Numbered from the stretch's first letter, positions 24,496-35,021 are shown. The stretch: DNA of 46,023 bases from a virus (IMGVR_UViG_3300049782_000037:1-46023), one strand, 5' to 3'. Numbers and translations: made by a program. Notes: generated by a model from the sequence alone, not told the origin.

Positions 24496-24767
24496 GCGCT
24501 CGTACCCCCCTTCGGGCCGTCCGCCGCCGCGGCGTCGCCGGCCTCGGCCGCGCCGTCGGTGCTACCGGCGCGGTCCGGCTCGGCGTCGTCCTGGTCGACG
24601 CGCTCGGGCCTGGTGTAGAACCCGCTCATGTCCGCCGGCCCGTACCGCTCGTCGAGCAGTTGCTGCTCGTCGTCGACGGTCGGCCCGTTGCCGGTGCGCA
24701 CCAGGTGCGCCGCCTGTTCGTCCTGGTCGCCGTCCCGCTCGGGGATCGGCCGTTCTGTGTCGCCCAC
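24492..24767 (-). CDS. Small acidic protein coupled to the endolysin
   Basis: GTG at 24767 with SD AGGAAAGGGG; ATGA overlap with the endolysin start. Confidence 0.65.
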   Translation of the reverse strand: MGDTERPIPERDGDQDEQAAHLVRTGNGPTVDDEQQLLDERYGPADMSGFYTRPERVDQDDAEPDRAGSTDGAAEAGDAAAADGPKGGTSA

Positions 24768-24847
24768 GGGGTGAGCCCCTTTCCTGGCATGCAGAACGCC
24801 CCGGCCGGCCGGCTCGGGGCGCAGGTGTGTGGGTGTCGGGCCGCTGG

Positions 24848-25645
24848 TCAGTGGCTGTGCGGTATCTGCAGGGCGCGCCATATCGTCTCGTTCGGGTAGC
24901 CGGCGTAGGCGCCGCCCGGCGACCCCTGCGCGGTGTGCCAGTTGCCCCACGCGGTCAGGTCGGCCGAGCCGATGTCGGCGGTCGGGGTGAACGAGCCCGC
25001 ACCGACCGCGACCAAGCGCTTGGCGGCCGCGAGCGCGAGCGGCGAGGTGCGGCCGACGCGGAACCAGTCTTGTCCGGGGTACGGGGCGTACGCGGCGGCC
25101 GTGCCGGACGACGTCTTGATCAGCGACGCGTCGTTGACCCAGTTCGGATCGGCGGTCACCATCGGCGAGCAGTATTTCGGGTAGCCGTAGCCGTACACCG
25201 CGGCGTCGGACCGGTTGCGGACGCGCATGTATACGCCGTCGCCGTTCGGCGAGCCGCTCGTGTTGGTGTTGCCCTCGATCGTCCAAATCTGTGTGGAGCT
25301 GTACTGGTAGACCAGGCCCGTGTGTTCGTGCCCGTTCGCGCCGAGCATGACCTGCGCGCCGACGGCCGGGTACCAGCTCCAGCGGTTCCATGATTGGTAC
25401 GTCGTGATGGCGACGTTGCATGCGGGTGTCTGCGGCATGATCGTGACGTCGCCGGCGCGGTGCGCGAGCCACAGCAGGAAAATGACGCACCAGGACTGCC
25501 CGTCGTAGCCGGCCATGCCGGGTGTTTCCTTGGCGTACCGGTTGAGGTTGGTCCATGTGCCGCCGGTCTGGTCTTCCTGGTACTTGATGGCAGCCTCTTG
25601 CTGCCCGAGTTCGATCAGGGTCTGCGGTGCGATCGCAGCGGGCAC
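24848..25645 (-). CDS. Second CHAP-domain lysin with C-terminal peptidoglycan-binding domain
   Basis: SWCVIF, HTGLV, TIEGNTN (CHAP); PYPGQDWF..GR.....RLVAVG...GYP...W..L C-domain; GTG with SD GGAGG. Confidence 0.85.
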   Translation of the reverse strand: MPAAIAPQTLIELGQQEAAIKYQEDQTGGTWTNLNRYAKETPGMAGYDGQSWCVIFLLWLAHRAGDVTIMPQTPACNVAITTYQSWNRWSWYPAVGAQVMLGANGHEHTGLVYQYSSTQIWTIEGNTNTSGSPNGDGVYMRVRNRSDAAVYGYGYPKYCSPMVTADPNWVNDASLIKTSSGTAAAYAPYPGQDWFRVGRTSPLALAAAKRLVAVGAGSFTPTADIGSADLTAWGNWHTAQGSPGGAYAGYPNETIWRALQIPHSH

Positions 25646-25656
25646 GGGTCCTCCAG

Positions 25657-27171
25657 CTAGGACGGGTCGAGGATGCGCCACCCGACGACGGATGTGTCGG
25701 TTGACGAGGTCGACCGGATCACGAATGACGCGCCGGCGGTGCGCGTGTTGACGTACGGGGCGCCGACCGTGCCGCCCGGTGTTTGCGTCGTGAGCACGAT
25801 CACGCTGGTCGCCGTGACCGCCGTCGTGTTGACGGTGACGGTGCCCGCCGCGAGGGTGGCGGTTCCCATGCGGGCCCCGGTGCCGGTGGTCGGAACGACG
25901 GTCTTGCCGGCGACGACGAGGGAGCCGTCGCCCGCGTCGAGACGGTTGACCGTGCCGTTCAGGCTGTTGGGCTTGACGGCGGTCAGACCGATCGCGGTCA
26001 CGATGGTGCCGGCGTCGGTGCGCAGACACGCCGTCGCCGCGGCGACGGGCGCGATCTCGGTGACGCCGGCCAGTACGACGCCGGTCGCCGAGTTGGTGAC
26101 CCACACGGACGTGCCGTCGGACGCGTCGGAGACGAACCCCTGCACGGTGGCACCCTTGCCGCCGTACACGATGAGCCCGGTCGTGCACTGCTCGGCGCCG
26201 CATCCGGTGAGGGTGACGGCCGTGCAGCTGTCGAGCCGGATGCCGAAGGGCGACTGCTGCGTCGCGCAGGCGGTCAGGCTGGTGTACGACATGCCGTCGA
26301 GCAGGAAACCGCCGCTCACGTTGCCCTCGGCGGTGCAGCCGACGAGGGACGTCGACGTACCGCCCACGATGGTGTCCTGCGGGGCCTGCAGGTGGAATCC
26401 CACGCCGCCGCAGGTGCGCACCCGCACCCGGTGCAGGACGCTCCCGGCGAACTGGTGGCAGAACACGCCGTCGCCGCCGAACGACTGGATCAGCAGGTCC
26501 CGCAGGGTGATCCCGGCGGTCGCCGGCGCGCTGAACCGCGTGAACCGCACACCGCTGCCGAACCCGCGGCCGGGGCCGGACAGTTGCAGGCCCTGCAGGG
26601 TGACGCTGTGCACGTCGGTGCCGACGATGCAGTCGTTGTTCTGGTTCGTCGACTGCAGGATCGACACGCGGTCGCCCGCGCCGATCAGGTTGACGCCGCT
26701 TGCCCAGGTGAGTGCGGCCCCGAGCAGGTAGCGGCCGGCCGGGAGGTACAGCGTGCCGCCGCCCGCGCCGGATACGGCGTTGATCGCGGCCTGTATCGCG
26801 GCCGCGTCGTCGGTGACGCCGTCGCCCTGCGCGCCGTGCTCCGTCACGCTCACCCAGTCGAGGGGCGACTCGGGCGCCGAGCCGCCCCCGGCGCTGAGGT
26901 TGTGTGCCTCCATCCAGGCGCGGGCGCCCTCGTTTGCGGACGCCCACATGCCGGTCACGCCGTCGGGTCCGAGGAACCGCGGAATGAAACCGTGCTCCGT
27001 GGCGCGTACCGACGTCATGGCCGTGCCGCTCGTGTCCTGCAGGTCGGTGTACTGGTTGCCGCCGTCTGCGGCATCCCACAGCGTGATCACCGCTCCGGGG
27101 GTGACCGTCCACACGCCGTCGACGGCCGCAACCACGTAATCGGCGATGCCGCCGCCGAACTCGTGCCGCAT
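25657..27171 (-). CDS. Tailspike/receptor-binding protein with pectate-lyase-like beta-helix
   Basis: VTEHGAQGDGVTDDAAAIQAAI...GGGTLYLPAGRY entry motif followed by beta-helix repeats. Confidence 0.85.
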   Translation of the reverse strand: MRHEFGGGIADYVVAAVDGVWTVTPGAVITLWDAADGGNQYTDLQDTSGTAMTSVRATEHGFIPRFLGPDGVTGMWASANEGARAWMEAHNLSAGGGSAPESPLDWVSVTEHGAQGDGVTDDAAAIQAAINAVSGAGGGTLYLPAGRYLLGAALTWASGVNLIGAGDRVSILQSTNQNNDCIVGTDVHSVTLQGLQLSGPGRGFGSGVRFTRFSAPATAGITLRDLLIQSFGGDGVFCHQFAGSVLHRVRVRTCGGVGFHLQAPQDTIVGGTSTSLVGCTAEGNVSGGFLLDGMSYTSLTACATQQSPFGIRLDSCTAVTLTGCGAEQCTTGLIVYGGKGATVQGFVSDASDGTSVWVTNSATGVVLAGVTEIAPVAAATACLRTDAGTIVTAIGLTAVKPNSLNGTVNRLDAGDGSLVVAGKTVVPTTGTGARMGTATLAAGTVTVNTTAVTATSVIVLTTQTPGGTVGAPYVNTRTAGASFVIRSTSSTDTSVVGWRILDPS

Positions 27172-28113
27172 CTACTCCACCACCCAGCACTGACCCGACG
27201 TCGGAATAACGCTCTCCCCGGTCTTGATCTCCTGTTTGTTGGTCAGCCACAGCTGACCGCGCTTGTCGTCGGCGTCCGAGTAGAGGATCGCCCGCCCGGT
27301 GCGCGCGCCTGATACGTACACCGCTATCTGCAGGTCACGGTCGGCGTACCGGTACTTCTCGGGGATCAACACGGGGAGACGGGACGGCGTATCCGCGTCG
27401 AGCGTGCCGGCCTTCCTGCGGAACGTCCCTAGGCGCAGGCACGCGATCGCACCCCAGACCTGGAGGACGCTCTGTGAGGCGATCTCCCATGCGTCGTTGG
27501 GGGCGTCGCACACGACGGTGCCGCTTCGGGAGTACAGGATCACCCATCGCGACCCGTTCCACATCCGGAGATCGCCCGTGTCGACCTCGAAACACTGTTC
27601 ACCCCGCGCGGGCGCGGGCGGGCGGGTCTTCGACGTGCACGGCCGGGTGCGGGCGCCGATATACAGCTCCTCGCGGTCGACGGTCACGGCCGTCGCCCCG
27701 TTGGTGACGGTGATCCGGGCGAGCGGCACCTCGTACACGCCGGACCCGAACCCGTTCCGGGTGAGCGCCGGGGCACCCGAGCCGGGCGTGCCTTCCTTCA
27801 CGACGGCGCGGACGGTCCACGTTGCGCGATCCAGCCGCAGCACGACCCGGTCGACCCGTGTCTGCCCCGACGCATTCGGGGCGACGTCGAGAGACACGGG
27901 CGTCGTCCCGGAGTACCACGTCTGACCGCGCACATGCCCGTACGCCTCGGCCCGCACGAGGGCGGTGAGACCGACGCCGGCCGAGACGACGGGGTCGTCG
28001 GTCGGATCGCCCGCGATGCCGTCGAGGGTCTCCCACGCGTGTAGCGCTTCCAGTTCCGCCTCGGTGACCGCGCGTCCGTTGTGCGCCGGGGATGGCCAAC
28101 TCTGCTGTACCAC
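27172..28113 (-). CDS. Minor tail protein
   Basis: RVDRVVLRLD...GTP...P.L......YEVPLA motif; position in the tail module. Confidence 0.8.
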   Translation of the reverse strand: MVQQSWPSPAHNGRAVTEAELEALHAWETLDGIAGDPTDDPVVSAGVGLTALVRAEAYGHVRGQTWYSGTTPVSLDVAPNASGQTRVDRVVLRLDRATWTVRAVVKEGTPGSGAPALTRNGFGSGVYEVPLARITVTNGATAVTVDREELYIGARTRPCTSKTRPPAPARGEQCFEVDTGDLRMWNGSRWVILYSRSGTVVCDAPNDAWEIASQSVLQVWGAIACLRLGTFRRKAGTLDADTPSRLPVLIPEKYRYADRDLQIAVYVSGARTGRAILYSDADDKRGQLWLTNKQEIKTGESVIPTSGQCWVVE

Positions 28114-28117
28114 GTAC

Positions 28118-29275
28118 CTACCTCGTTTCCAGTCGGCCGATTCGGCGGCCGAGGTCCTGCACCAGCCGCACCATGGCCGGGTCGGTGGTCGCCTCGTGTG
28201 AGCCGATGACAGACGTCACGTACTCGCCGGACTCGGGGGTCGCCTGCAGGTGGATCGAGCGCACGACGTCGGCGACCTCGACGCCGTACGGGAGCGCGAC
28301 GGTCACCCGATCGCCGAGGCTGAAATCACGGCCAGCCTTGAGGTCAGGGGTGTCGACCGTGACCGTGGCCAGCTCGACCGAGGCGGCGCCGCTCGCGATC
28401 GCCTCGGTCCCGGCTCGGGTCAGCGCCCCGTCGGCGTCATTGTCGGCGCCGCCGTCGAGGTACCGCTCAACCCTCCACCAGGACGCGGCCGCTGCCGTGT
28501 CGGCGACCTGCAGGTACGCGCGGCCTGTCGTCCCGGTGTCCGGCTCGGTGCCCCCGACGAGCGCGTGCGTCACGGTCGGCGCGCTGTGTCGGGCTTGGAT
28601 CGAGCGGAGGTTGCCGAGCCCGATGCTGAACCGGGCGATCCCGGTCCGGTCGGCGGGCGCGTAGCAGCCGAACCGGATCTTCCCGCCGGCCTGCCTGGTG
28701 CGGAAACCGATCCCGCCGGCGAGCGCCGCCCGCCGGGCCGCGTCGAGCACCGGCTCGAACCGCGTCGACACGCTCGTCGACGTGCCGACGCCGGCGACGG
28801 GATCGAGCACGAACTGCGGGATGCGGCGCTCAGCACGGGCGCCCGGCCCACAGTTCTCATCGACGAGGGTTCGCACGATCGTCTCGGCGCTGACGTCGTT
28901 GATCTGCCGCTGCGTGTTGGCGGGCTGTGTCGACCAGGCGCTCGCCGGGGCCGGCCATGTGATGTAGCCGGCCACGGTGGCGAGATCGTCGGCGAACGTG
29001 ACCTCTACCCGGCCCTCGCCGGGCGCCTCGGTGACCGACCACGAGTAGTCGGTCGGGATCTCCAGCGGCCCGGCCATCCACACCGCACGGTCCCGGATGA
29101 CGACGAGCCGATTGCCGGGCTGCAGTTGCGCCATGATGTCCGGCCGGGCCGGAAGACTGACCTGTCCCGAGCCGGGCTCGTTGAACCTGCGCGTGCAGTC
29201 GAGGCTCGTCCATCCGTCGAGCGGGTCGCCCTGCACGACGAGGTTCTTGTCGGTGATGAGCAGATGCACGGCCAC
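28118..29275 (-). CDS. Minor tail protein (Gp37-like baseplate hub)
   Basis: Follows the distal tail protein; GRDFSLGDRVTV, C-terminal RIGRLET. Confidence 0.82.
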   Translation of the reverse strand: MAVHLLITDKNLVVQGDPLDGWTSLDCTRRFNEPGSGQVSLPARPDIMAQLQPGNRLVVIRDRAVWMAGPLEIPTDYSWSVTEAPGEGRVEVTFADDLATVAGYITWPAPASAWSTQPANTQRQINDVSAETIVRTLVDENCGPGARAERRIPQFVLDPVAGVGTSTSVSTRFEPVLDAARRAALAGGIGFRTRQAGGKIRFGCYAPADRTGIARFSIGLGNLRSIQARHSAPTVTHALVGGTEPDTGTTGRAYLQVADTAAAASWWRVERYLDGGADNDADGALTRAGTEAIASGAASVELATVTVDTPDLKAGRDFSLGDRVTVALPYGVEVADVVRSIHLQATPESGEYVTSVIGSHEATTDPAMVRLVQDLGRRIGRLETR

Positions 29276-29293
29276 GCGTCCGCGCCCCCTTTC

Positions 29294-30256
29294 TCACGCG
29301 GACTCATACCGCGCGTTGAACACCAGATCGACGGCACTGCCGGGGCCGGACCCGCTCAGCTGGAACTCGATTGCATTGACGCCGGGCTCCAGTCCCCACA
29401 GCTCCGCGTCCGGCCAGTCGAGCGCGCCGCTCCAGTTGGCGCCGTCCTGGTAGCGCACTGCGGGCGGGTCGGTTGAGACGGTGACCCGCTGCCCGGCGAG
29501 CAGCGCGCCGTGCCCGACCGCGTCCGGGTCGAGCGAGAACGACTCCCCGGTACCGGTGTGCGTGAACGTGATCAGCGTCGCCGGGCCGGTGACCGTCCAG
29601 CGCGGCCACACGATCACGTCGCCCGGATTGGTCACCTCGGTCGCGCCGAGGACCTGCGACGAGGACACGGAGGGATACGGCACCAGGTAGTCGACGAGGC
29701 TGCCGGCCTCCCGGTGCACGACGACCTCGGCGGGGTCCTGCCAGTACGGATCCTCACACCACAGCGTGATCACCGCCGTGTCCGAGACGATGCCGGTCGC
29801 CCGGCCCGCCCGGCCCTCGAACCCCTCTTGGTAGTGGACGGCGATCCGGCGGCGGGTCCCGTCCGGCCGGGCGATCTCCAGCCATCCGGGTCCTTCGCGC
29901 AGCGTCCGCGTGAACGCTCGCGCGAGCGCCCGCCACCGGCCGATGAACTCGGTGTGATCCTCGCCGTACACATGCAGCGGCCACACGATCGTGCGCGGCT
30001 GCGGCTGTGCATGACGCAGACGCGCCCCGCCGCGCGGATGCGCGTCGCTGGTCAACGTGTACGGCGCCGCACCGAGCCCGGAACCGCCGTCGAGGGTGAA
30101 CCATCCGGCCGCCTCGTCGGTCAGCGGCCACACCGCCCCGGACGGGTCGGTGTAGGTGGCGACGGCGAGCCCGACCTCGGGGAGCGGTACCGGTGCCGGT
30201 GCGCCGCCGCCGGTGTCGGGCGGCGGCGTGATGACCGGTGGTGCGATCAGCGGCAT
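29294..30256 (-). CDS. Distal tail protein
   Basis: Directly after the tape measure gene; DPYW, NPGD...WP...VTGP, L.PG.N. Confidence 0.82.
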   Translation of the reverse strand: MPLIAPPVITPPPDTGGGAPAPVPLPEVGLAVATYTDPSGAVWPLTDEAAGWFTLDGGSGLGAAPYTLTSDAHPRGGARLRHAQPQPRTIVWPLHVYGEDHTEFIGRWRALARAFTRTLREGPGWLEIARPDGTRRRIAVHYQEGFEGRAGRATGIVSDTAVITLWCEDPYWQDPAEVVVHREAGSLVDYLVPYPSVSSSQVLGATEVTNPGDVIVWPRWTVTGPATLITFTHTGTGESFSLDPDAVGHGALLAGQRVTVSTDPPAVRYQDGANWSGALDWPDAELWGLEPGVNAIEFQLSGSGPGSAVDLVFNARYESA

Positions 30257-33200
30257 CTAGCGTGGCCTCCCCACCCGTGCGCGTGCGTCCTGCTGTCGCT
30301 GCAGCAGCTGCAGGTCATGCACGGTCATGTCGAGCGTGCGCGGATACACGTTGATCGTGTCGCCGGACTGCGGCGCCACCTGCCCGACCGCAGACCGCAC
30401 CGCCGTTGCAGTCGGCACGACGGGCGGGATCGCGGCCGTGCTGAGCCGCCGCGCGCCCGCCCGCACCGCGGCGAGCGACTTGTCGGTGCCGACGACGACG
30501 CCCGCGCCGAGTTGCTCGCCGATCCGCTCCGTCTCCCGGCTCGGCGAGTGAATGTCGAGCCGCTTCTCGATCGCGTCGACGAGGGTGTCGCCGAGTTTCT
30601 TCATCTGCTTCTGCAGCGCCGCCTCTTGCGCCTTGAGACCGGTCAGGAATCCCTTACCGGCCTCTTTCCCGCTGTCGTACATCGCGTCGGCCATGTAGTT
30701 GCCGTACGACTTGGACATCTTGGCGCCCTGCGCAGTGAGCGAATTGATCTGTTTGATCTCACCCGCCGATGCGCCCGCGACGATCCGCGCGAGGTCGCTG
30801 TCGGGGCCGAGGGCGATGAGCTGTCGAATGACGGACTGACTGACTCCCTTCTTCTGCGCCGCCTGAATCTGCGATTGAAAGCCCTTGAGATCCTTCTGCT
30901 TCGTCCGCATCCCCATGAGCAGCGATTCGACCGACGTGACGTTCGCGAAATTCGACAGACCGATGTAGTCGGACGCGGTCCCGCGCTGATCGGATGCCGC
31001 CTGCCGCGCCGTCTCGATCCGCGCCGTGACCTTGTCGCGCTGCGCCGCGAGCGTCCGCAGCGTGCTCGACGTCTTCCCGACCTGGTCGGCGAGCGCCTTC
31101 CCGGCGCTGCCGGTCTTGCGCAGGTCCTCGGCGAGCGCCCGCGCGGCCGAGGCGATGTCACTCGCGCTGCCGGTCAGGCTCTTGGTGAACTCCTTCAGGT
31201 CGCCGGGCACCTGCTTGCGCGCCGCCGCGGCCGCGCCGCTCGTGCCCTTCGCGAACCCGCGGGCGCCGAGCCCGGCGACCATGCCGAGGGACGTGCGGTG
31301 GTCGAACACGGTCGACCGGCCCGACCCGAACCTCACGAGTTCGGGCCCTTCCTCGCCCACCCACGCCAGTTCGCCCGCGCGTGGCCGGCCGCCCGAGGCG
31401 TATCCGCCGGGGCGGTTGTAGGCCGAGGCGAGCGAGCCGTACCTCGCGAGGGCGTACCGCATCGAGGCGTAGATGTTCGCGAGCGGATCCCAGACGCCGC
31501 GCGAGCGCATCCCGCCGGCGTACGCGTTGAACGTCGGGTCGATGACCTGCATCAGGCCCTTGGACGGCGTGCCGTTCTTGGCGTTGATGTCCCAATTGTT
31601 GATCGCGCGCGGGTTGCCGCCGCTCTCCTGGTGCATGCGCCGCAGCACGACCGGCAGCAGACTCGCCGGCTGCCCGACGAGCTTGAGCGCCTGCAGCACT
31701 ACCGACGACCAGCGCTGTACGCCCGAGCCGCCGATGTCCGCCGACCCGCCGAGCATGCCTCTCGCGGCGTCGACGACCTTGTCTTTCAGTCCGGCGAGCA
31801 TCTTGAGCGGCACTTTGCCGATCATCTGAGCGAACTTGCTCTGCCCGATCTGAGCGATCTTGTCGCGGACGAATCCGGTCGCCTTGTCCCACAGCCGACC
31901 GGGGTTGGTCAGGAAGTCGACACCGCTCATCACGGCCGAGCCGACCGCTTTCGCCTTGTCGCCGAGCCAGCCCGTGACCGCGCCGACGACACCGCCGTCG
32001 GCGAACCGCTGGACAGGCGCGGCCGGCAGCTCGCCCGTACGGTTGATGTACTCCAGCGTCCCGAACCCGACCGAGCGGGCGCTGCTGCGCTTCACGACGA
32101 ACTCGTCGGCCATCATCAGCGCCGGAATGCTGTCCTTGCCGGGGATGCCGCCGCGGGTGCGGCCGCCCTCGGCAAGCAGCTTCGGCGCCCTCGGCAGCGG
32201 GTCGAGGTCGACGATGTCGGCAACCTTGTCCCACACCGCCTTGATGCCCTTGGTGTAAACGAACTCGATCACGAAGTTGATCGGCTTCTTAGCGATGCCC
32301 GACACCTGCGACCACTGCCGAGAGATCGACTCCTTCGCGGACTTGAATGCGCCGCCGAAAAGCCCGACCGCCCGCTTACCGGAATCGAATGCGGGCCGCA
32401 GCGCTTTTTCCCACAGCCACGACGCCGCAGCGCCGATGCCCTTGAATGCGGGCTGAATCGCCGTCTTCCACAGCCACGAGCCGGCCGCACCGAACGCGCG
32501 GAACGACGCGACCACGTACGCGAAGTACGGTTTCACGACCGACGAGTACAGCCACGACACCGCGCCGCCGATACCGCGCATCGCGGGCTGTATGGCGTTG
32601 CGCCACAGCCACATACCGGCCGCGCCGAGCGCGCGGAACTGCGCGACACCGACCGCGATCATCGGCCGGACGACCGTGTTGAATGCCCAGATCGCCACCG
32701 CGGCAATGCCCTTGAGCGCCGGCCCGACCGCCGACTTCCATAGCCACTGGGAGACGATCGCGAACCCGCGGAACGCGATCACGAGCGGAGCGATCACGGC
32801 GACCGCGACGATCGCGAACATGATCTTCGCGCCCGTCGCGATCCCCGAGAACACCGGCGACAGCACGGTCGACCACAGCCACGACGCCGCAGCGCCGACC
32901 GCCCGCAGCCCGGTCATGAGGTAGCCGAGACCGGGTTTCAGCGCCGTGTTCCACAGCGCATCCCACCCCGTTTTGATGCCTGCCCACGCTGTCTGTACGA
33001 CCGCCCGGAACCGGTCGCTCTTGTTGTAGGCGACGACGAGCAGCGTCGCCAACGCCGCAACACCCGTGATGACCAACCCAATCGGGTTCGCGGTCATCAC
33101 GGCGTTGAGGATGCCCTGCGCGATCGCGTACCCGCGGGTGACGGCGGCGGCCGCGAGCAGCACGCCGCGGTACACCGCGAAAACGGCGGTCACACCGGCC

Positions 33201-34546
33201 GTGGCGATCGCGCTCGCGTTGAGGGTGATCGTCAGACCGGCGATCGCGACGCCGAGCGGCAGCAGCCATGCGCCGTAGTCCCGCACCCATCGGGCACCCG
33301 CCGCGAACGCGTCGCCGACGCCCTTGACCGCGGGCACCAGCACGCCCGCGACGGCGCTGCCGACGGTCTGTGCGGGCGGCAGCACGTACCGGTTGAGGAA
33401 CACGCCGAGGTCGCGCACGGCCGGCAGCGCGTACTTGGTCGCGAAGTTGGCCATGCCCTGCAGCGCCTGCCGCTTGAAGACCTCGATCTGCTGCGTCGCA
33501 GTGCCGTGCAGTGTCTTCCCCATGCGGTCGGCGGCGCCGCTGACCTTGCCGAGGTCGGAGACCGCCTTGCTCGGGTCGAGGGCGTAGAGGCTTTGCTGCA
33601 GGTCCTCGGCCTGCGTACCGAACAGCAGCACGGCCGTTTGGCTGCGCTTGACCGGGTCCTCGATTTTGCGCAGCCGGTCGAGCACGCTGTCGAGTGCTTT
33701 CGCTGCGCCCGGACCGCCCTTCGAGAACGTCGCCGCCATCTTGTCGGCGCTGAGCCCGAGAGCGTCGAATCCTTGCTTGGTGGTGTCCGAGCCGTCCTTG
33801 GCGCGGATCGCGAACTCCTTGAGCGCGTCCGCAACGATGTCGCTGTCGCGGGCGCCCGCGGCGATGCCCTGCGTGATGAGCCCGACGGCCTGCGCGCCGG
33901 TCAATCCGAGGTCACGCCATTGGGTGCTGTACTCGTTGAGGGTGTCGAGGTAGTCGCCGGCCTTGTCCGCCCCGCGCTGGAACCCGACCGTGATCAGGTC
34001 GAACGCCTGCTTGGCGTCCTTCACCATGCCGGTGCGGATGAGCTGACCGGCCGCCCGCGCCGAGTCGGCGACGTCGGCGTCGAACGTCTCGGCCAGGTTC
34101 AGCGCGGCTTTGCTGAGCCCGGCGAGTTCCTTGCGCGGCGCGTTGATCGACGCGACCGAGTTCTGTGAGAGCGCCTTGAGGGACTGGTTCACCTGGTCGA
34201 CCGACTCGCCGTACCCGGCCGCGTACACCTTCCCGGCGAGCTTGCCCGCGGCGGCCGACTCGCGCTCGGTGAGCCCGAGCTGCGCGCCGAGCTTCGCGTT
34301 CGACTTGTCGTCCTCGACCGCCTTCGCGAACCCCGCCGCGAACAGCGCGCCCGCGCCCGCGGCGACACCGACGACGCCCGCCTTCAGCACACCGCCGATG
34401 CCGCCGAGGAACCCGCGGCCGGCTTCCTGCCCGGCCGACGTGCCGACGGGCTCGATCTCGCCGGCGAGCTGCCGGTCGAGCAGCCGGCCGAAGTCGCGCG
34501 TCTCGGGGACGACGGAGACGTAACCGACGCCGACCTCAACCGCCAT
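30257..34546 (-). CDS. Tape measure protein with lytic transglycosylase (SLT) domain
   Basis: 1429 aa Ala/Gly-rich with W-periodic repeats; QESGGNP...GLMQVI...DPLANIYA SLT motif. Confidence 0.95.
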   Translation of the reverse strand: MAVEVGVGYVSVVPETRDFGRLLDRQLAGEIEPVGTSAGQEAGRGFLGGIGGVLKAGVVGVAAGAGALFAAGFAKAVEDDKSNAKLGAQLGLTERESAAAGKLAGKVYAAGYGESVDQVNQSLKALSQNSVASINAPRKELAGLSKAALNLAETFDADVADSARAAGQLIRTGMVKDAKQAFDLITVGFQRGADKAGDYLDTLNEYSTQWRDLGLTGAQAVGLITQGIAAGARDSDIVADALKEFAIRAKDGSDTTKQGFDALGLSADKMAATFSKGGPGAAKALDSVLDRLRKIEDPVKRSQTAVLLFGTQAEDLQQSLYALDPSKAVSDLGKVSGAADRMGKTLHGTATQQIEVFKRQALQGMANFATKYALPAVRDLGVFLNRYVLPPAQTVGSAVAGVLVPAVKGVGDAFAAGARWVRDYGAWLLPLGVAIAGLTITLNASAIATAGVTAVFAVYRGVLLAAAAVTRGYAIAQGILNAVMTANPIGLVITGVAALATLLVVAYNKSDRFRAVVQTAWAGIKTGWDALWNTALKPGLGYLMTGLRAVGAAASWLWSTVLSPVFSGIATGAKIMFAIVAVAVIAPLVIAFRGFAIVSQWLWKSAVGPALKGIAAVAIWAFNTVVRPMIAVGVAQFRALGAAGMWLWRNAIQPAMRGIGGAVSWLYSSVVKPYFAYVVASFRAFGAAGSWLWKTAIQPAFKGIGAAASWLWEKALRPAFDSGKRAVGLFGGAFKSAKESISRQWSQVSGIAKKPINFVIEFVYTKGIKAVWDKVADIVDLDPLPRAPKLLAEGGRTRGGIPGKDSIPALMMADEFVVKRSSARSVGFGTLEYINRTGELPAAPVQRFADGGVVGAVTGWLGDKAKAVGSAVMSGVDFLTNPGRLWDKATGFVRDKIAQIGQSKFAQMIGKVPLKMLAGLKDKVVDAARGMLGGSADIGGSGVQRWSSVVLQALKLVGQPASLLPVVLRRMHQESGGNPRAINNWDINAKNGTPSKGLMQVIDPTFNAYAGGMRSRGVWDPLANIYASMRYALARYGSLASAYNRPGGYASGGRPRAGELAWVGEEGPELVRFGSGRSTVFDHRTSLGMVAGLGARGFAKGTSGAAAAARKQVPGDLKEFTKSLTGSASDIASAARALAEDLRKTGSAGKALADQVGKTSSTLRTLAAQRDKVTARIETARQAASDQRGTASDYIGLSNFANVTSVESLLMGMRTKQKDLKGFQSQIQAAQKKGVSQSVIRQLIALGPDSDLARIVAGASAGEIKQINSLTAQGAKMSKSYGNYMADAMYDSGKEAGKGFLTGLKAQEAALQKQMKKLGDTLVDAIEKRLDIHSPSRETERIGEQLGAGVVVGTDKSLAAVRAGARRLSTAAIPPVVPTATAVRSAVGQVAPQSGDTINVYPRTLDMTVHDLQLLQRQQDARARVGRPR

Positions 34547-35021
34547 TCTCCGCCGCCCCCTTCACCTGCTTGACGATGTGGTGATACGCCTCGCGCCGCT
34601 GCGCCGCCCGCTGCTCGTCCGCCGCCCTGGTGTCCTCGGGCAGCGGGTCGCCCGGCCGCCATGACGGTTTCGGGTACGGCAGCGGCTGGCTTTTGTCCGG
34701 GTCGCGGTTGGCGTTGAGGAACGCGACGAGCAGCAGCTCGACCAGGTCGCGCGTGTCCCAAGCGGCGTAGTCGCGGTGCGCCCAGTCGTGCCCGGCCGCC
34801 GCCCGCGCGAGCGCCCCGTCGGTCGGCAGGTGCTCGACCATGACGCGCAGCCACCGCAGGCTGATCTCGCCGCGCCAGTACGCGGCGAGCGGCCCGCCCG
34901 GCCCGTAGCCGGGGTAGTGGTGGGCGAGGTCGGCCTCGATCGCCTCGGGGTGCTCGCCGAGGACGTCGAGCACGGAATAGGTGACGGTCTCGACGACGCC
35001 CTCGCCGTCGCCTACCCCTTG
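34536..35021 (-). CDS. C-terminal (T) part of the frameshifted tail assembly chaperone
   Basis: Open -1 frame overlapping the end of 35012..35335; EAIEADL..Y......W.G..S.R.L...V.HLP. Confidence 0.75.
   Translation of the reverse strand, partial: QGVGDGEGVVETVTYSVLDVLGEHPEAIEADLAHHYPGYGPGGPLAAYWRGEISLRWLRVMVEHLPTDGALARAAAGHDWAHRDYAAWDTRDLVELLLVAFLNANRDPDKSQPLPYPKPSWRPGDPLPEDTRAADEQRAAQRREAYHHIVKQVKGAAENGG

Noticed and set aside
24848-27250. 800-aa ORF as one gene
   Set aside because: The first 535 codons are an Arg-rich shadow of the tailspike frame; the real gene starts at GTG 25645 with a strong SD.
29510-32743. 1077-aa plus-strand ORF and the many other long antisense ORFs
   Set aside because: Antisense shadows of real genes, expected when stop codons are scarce at high GC3; Arg/Pro-rich with no motifs.
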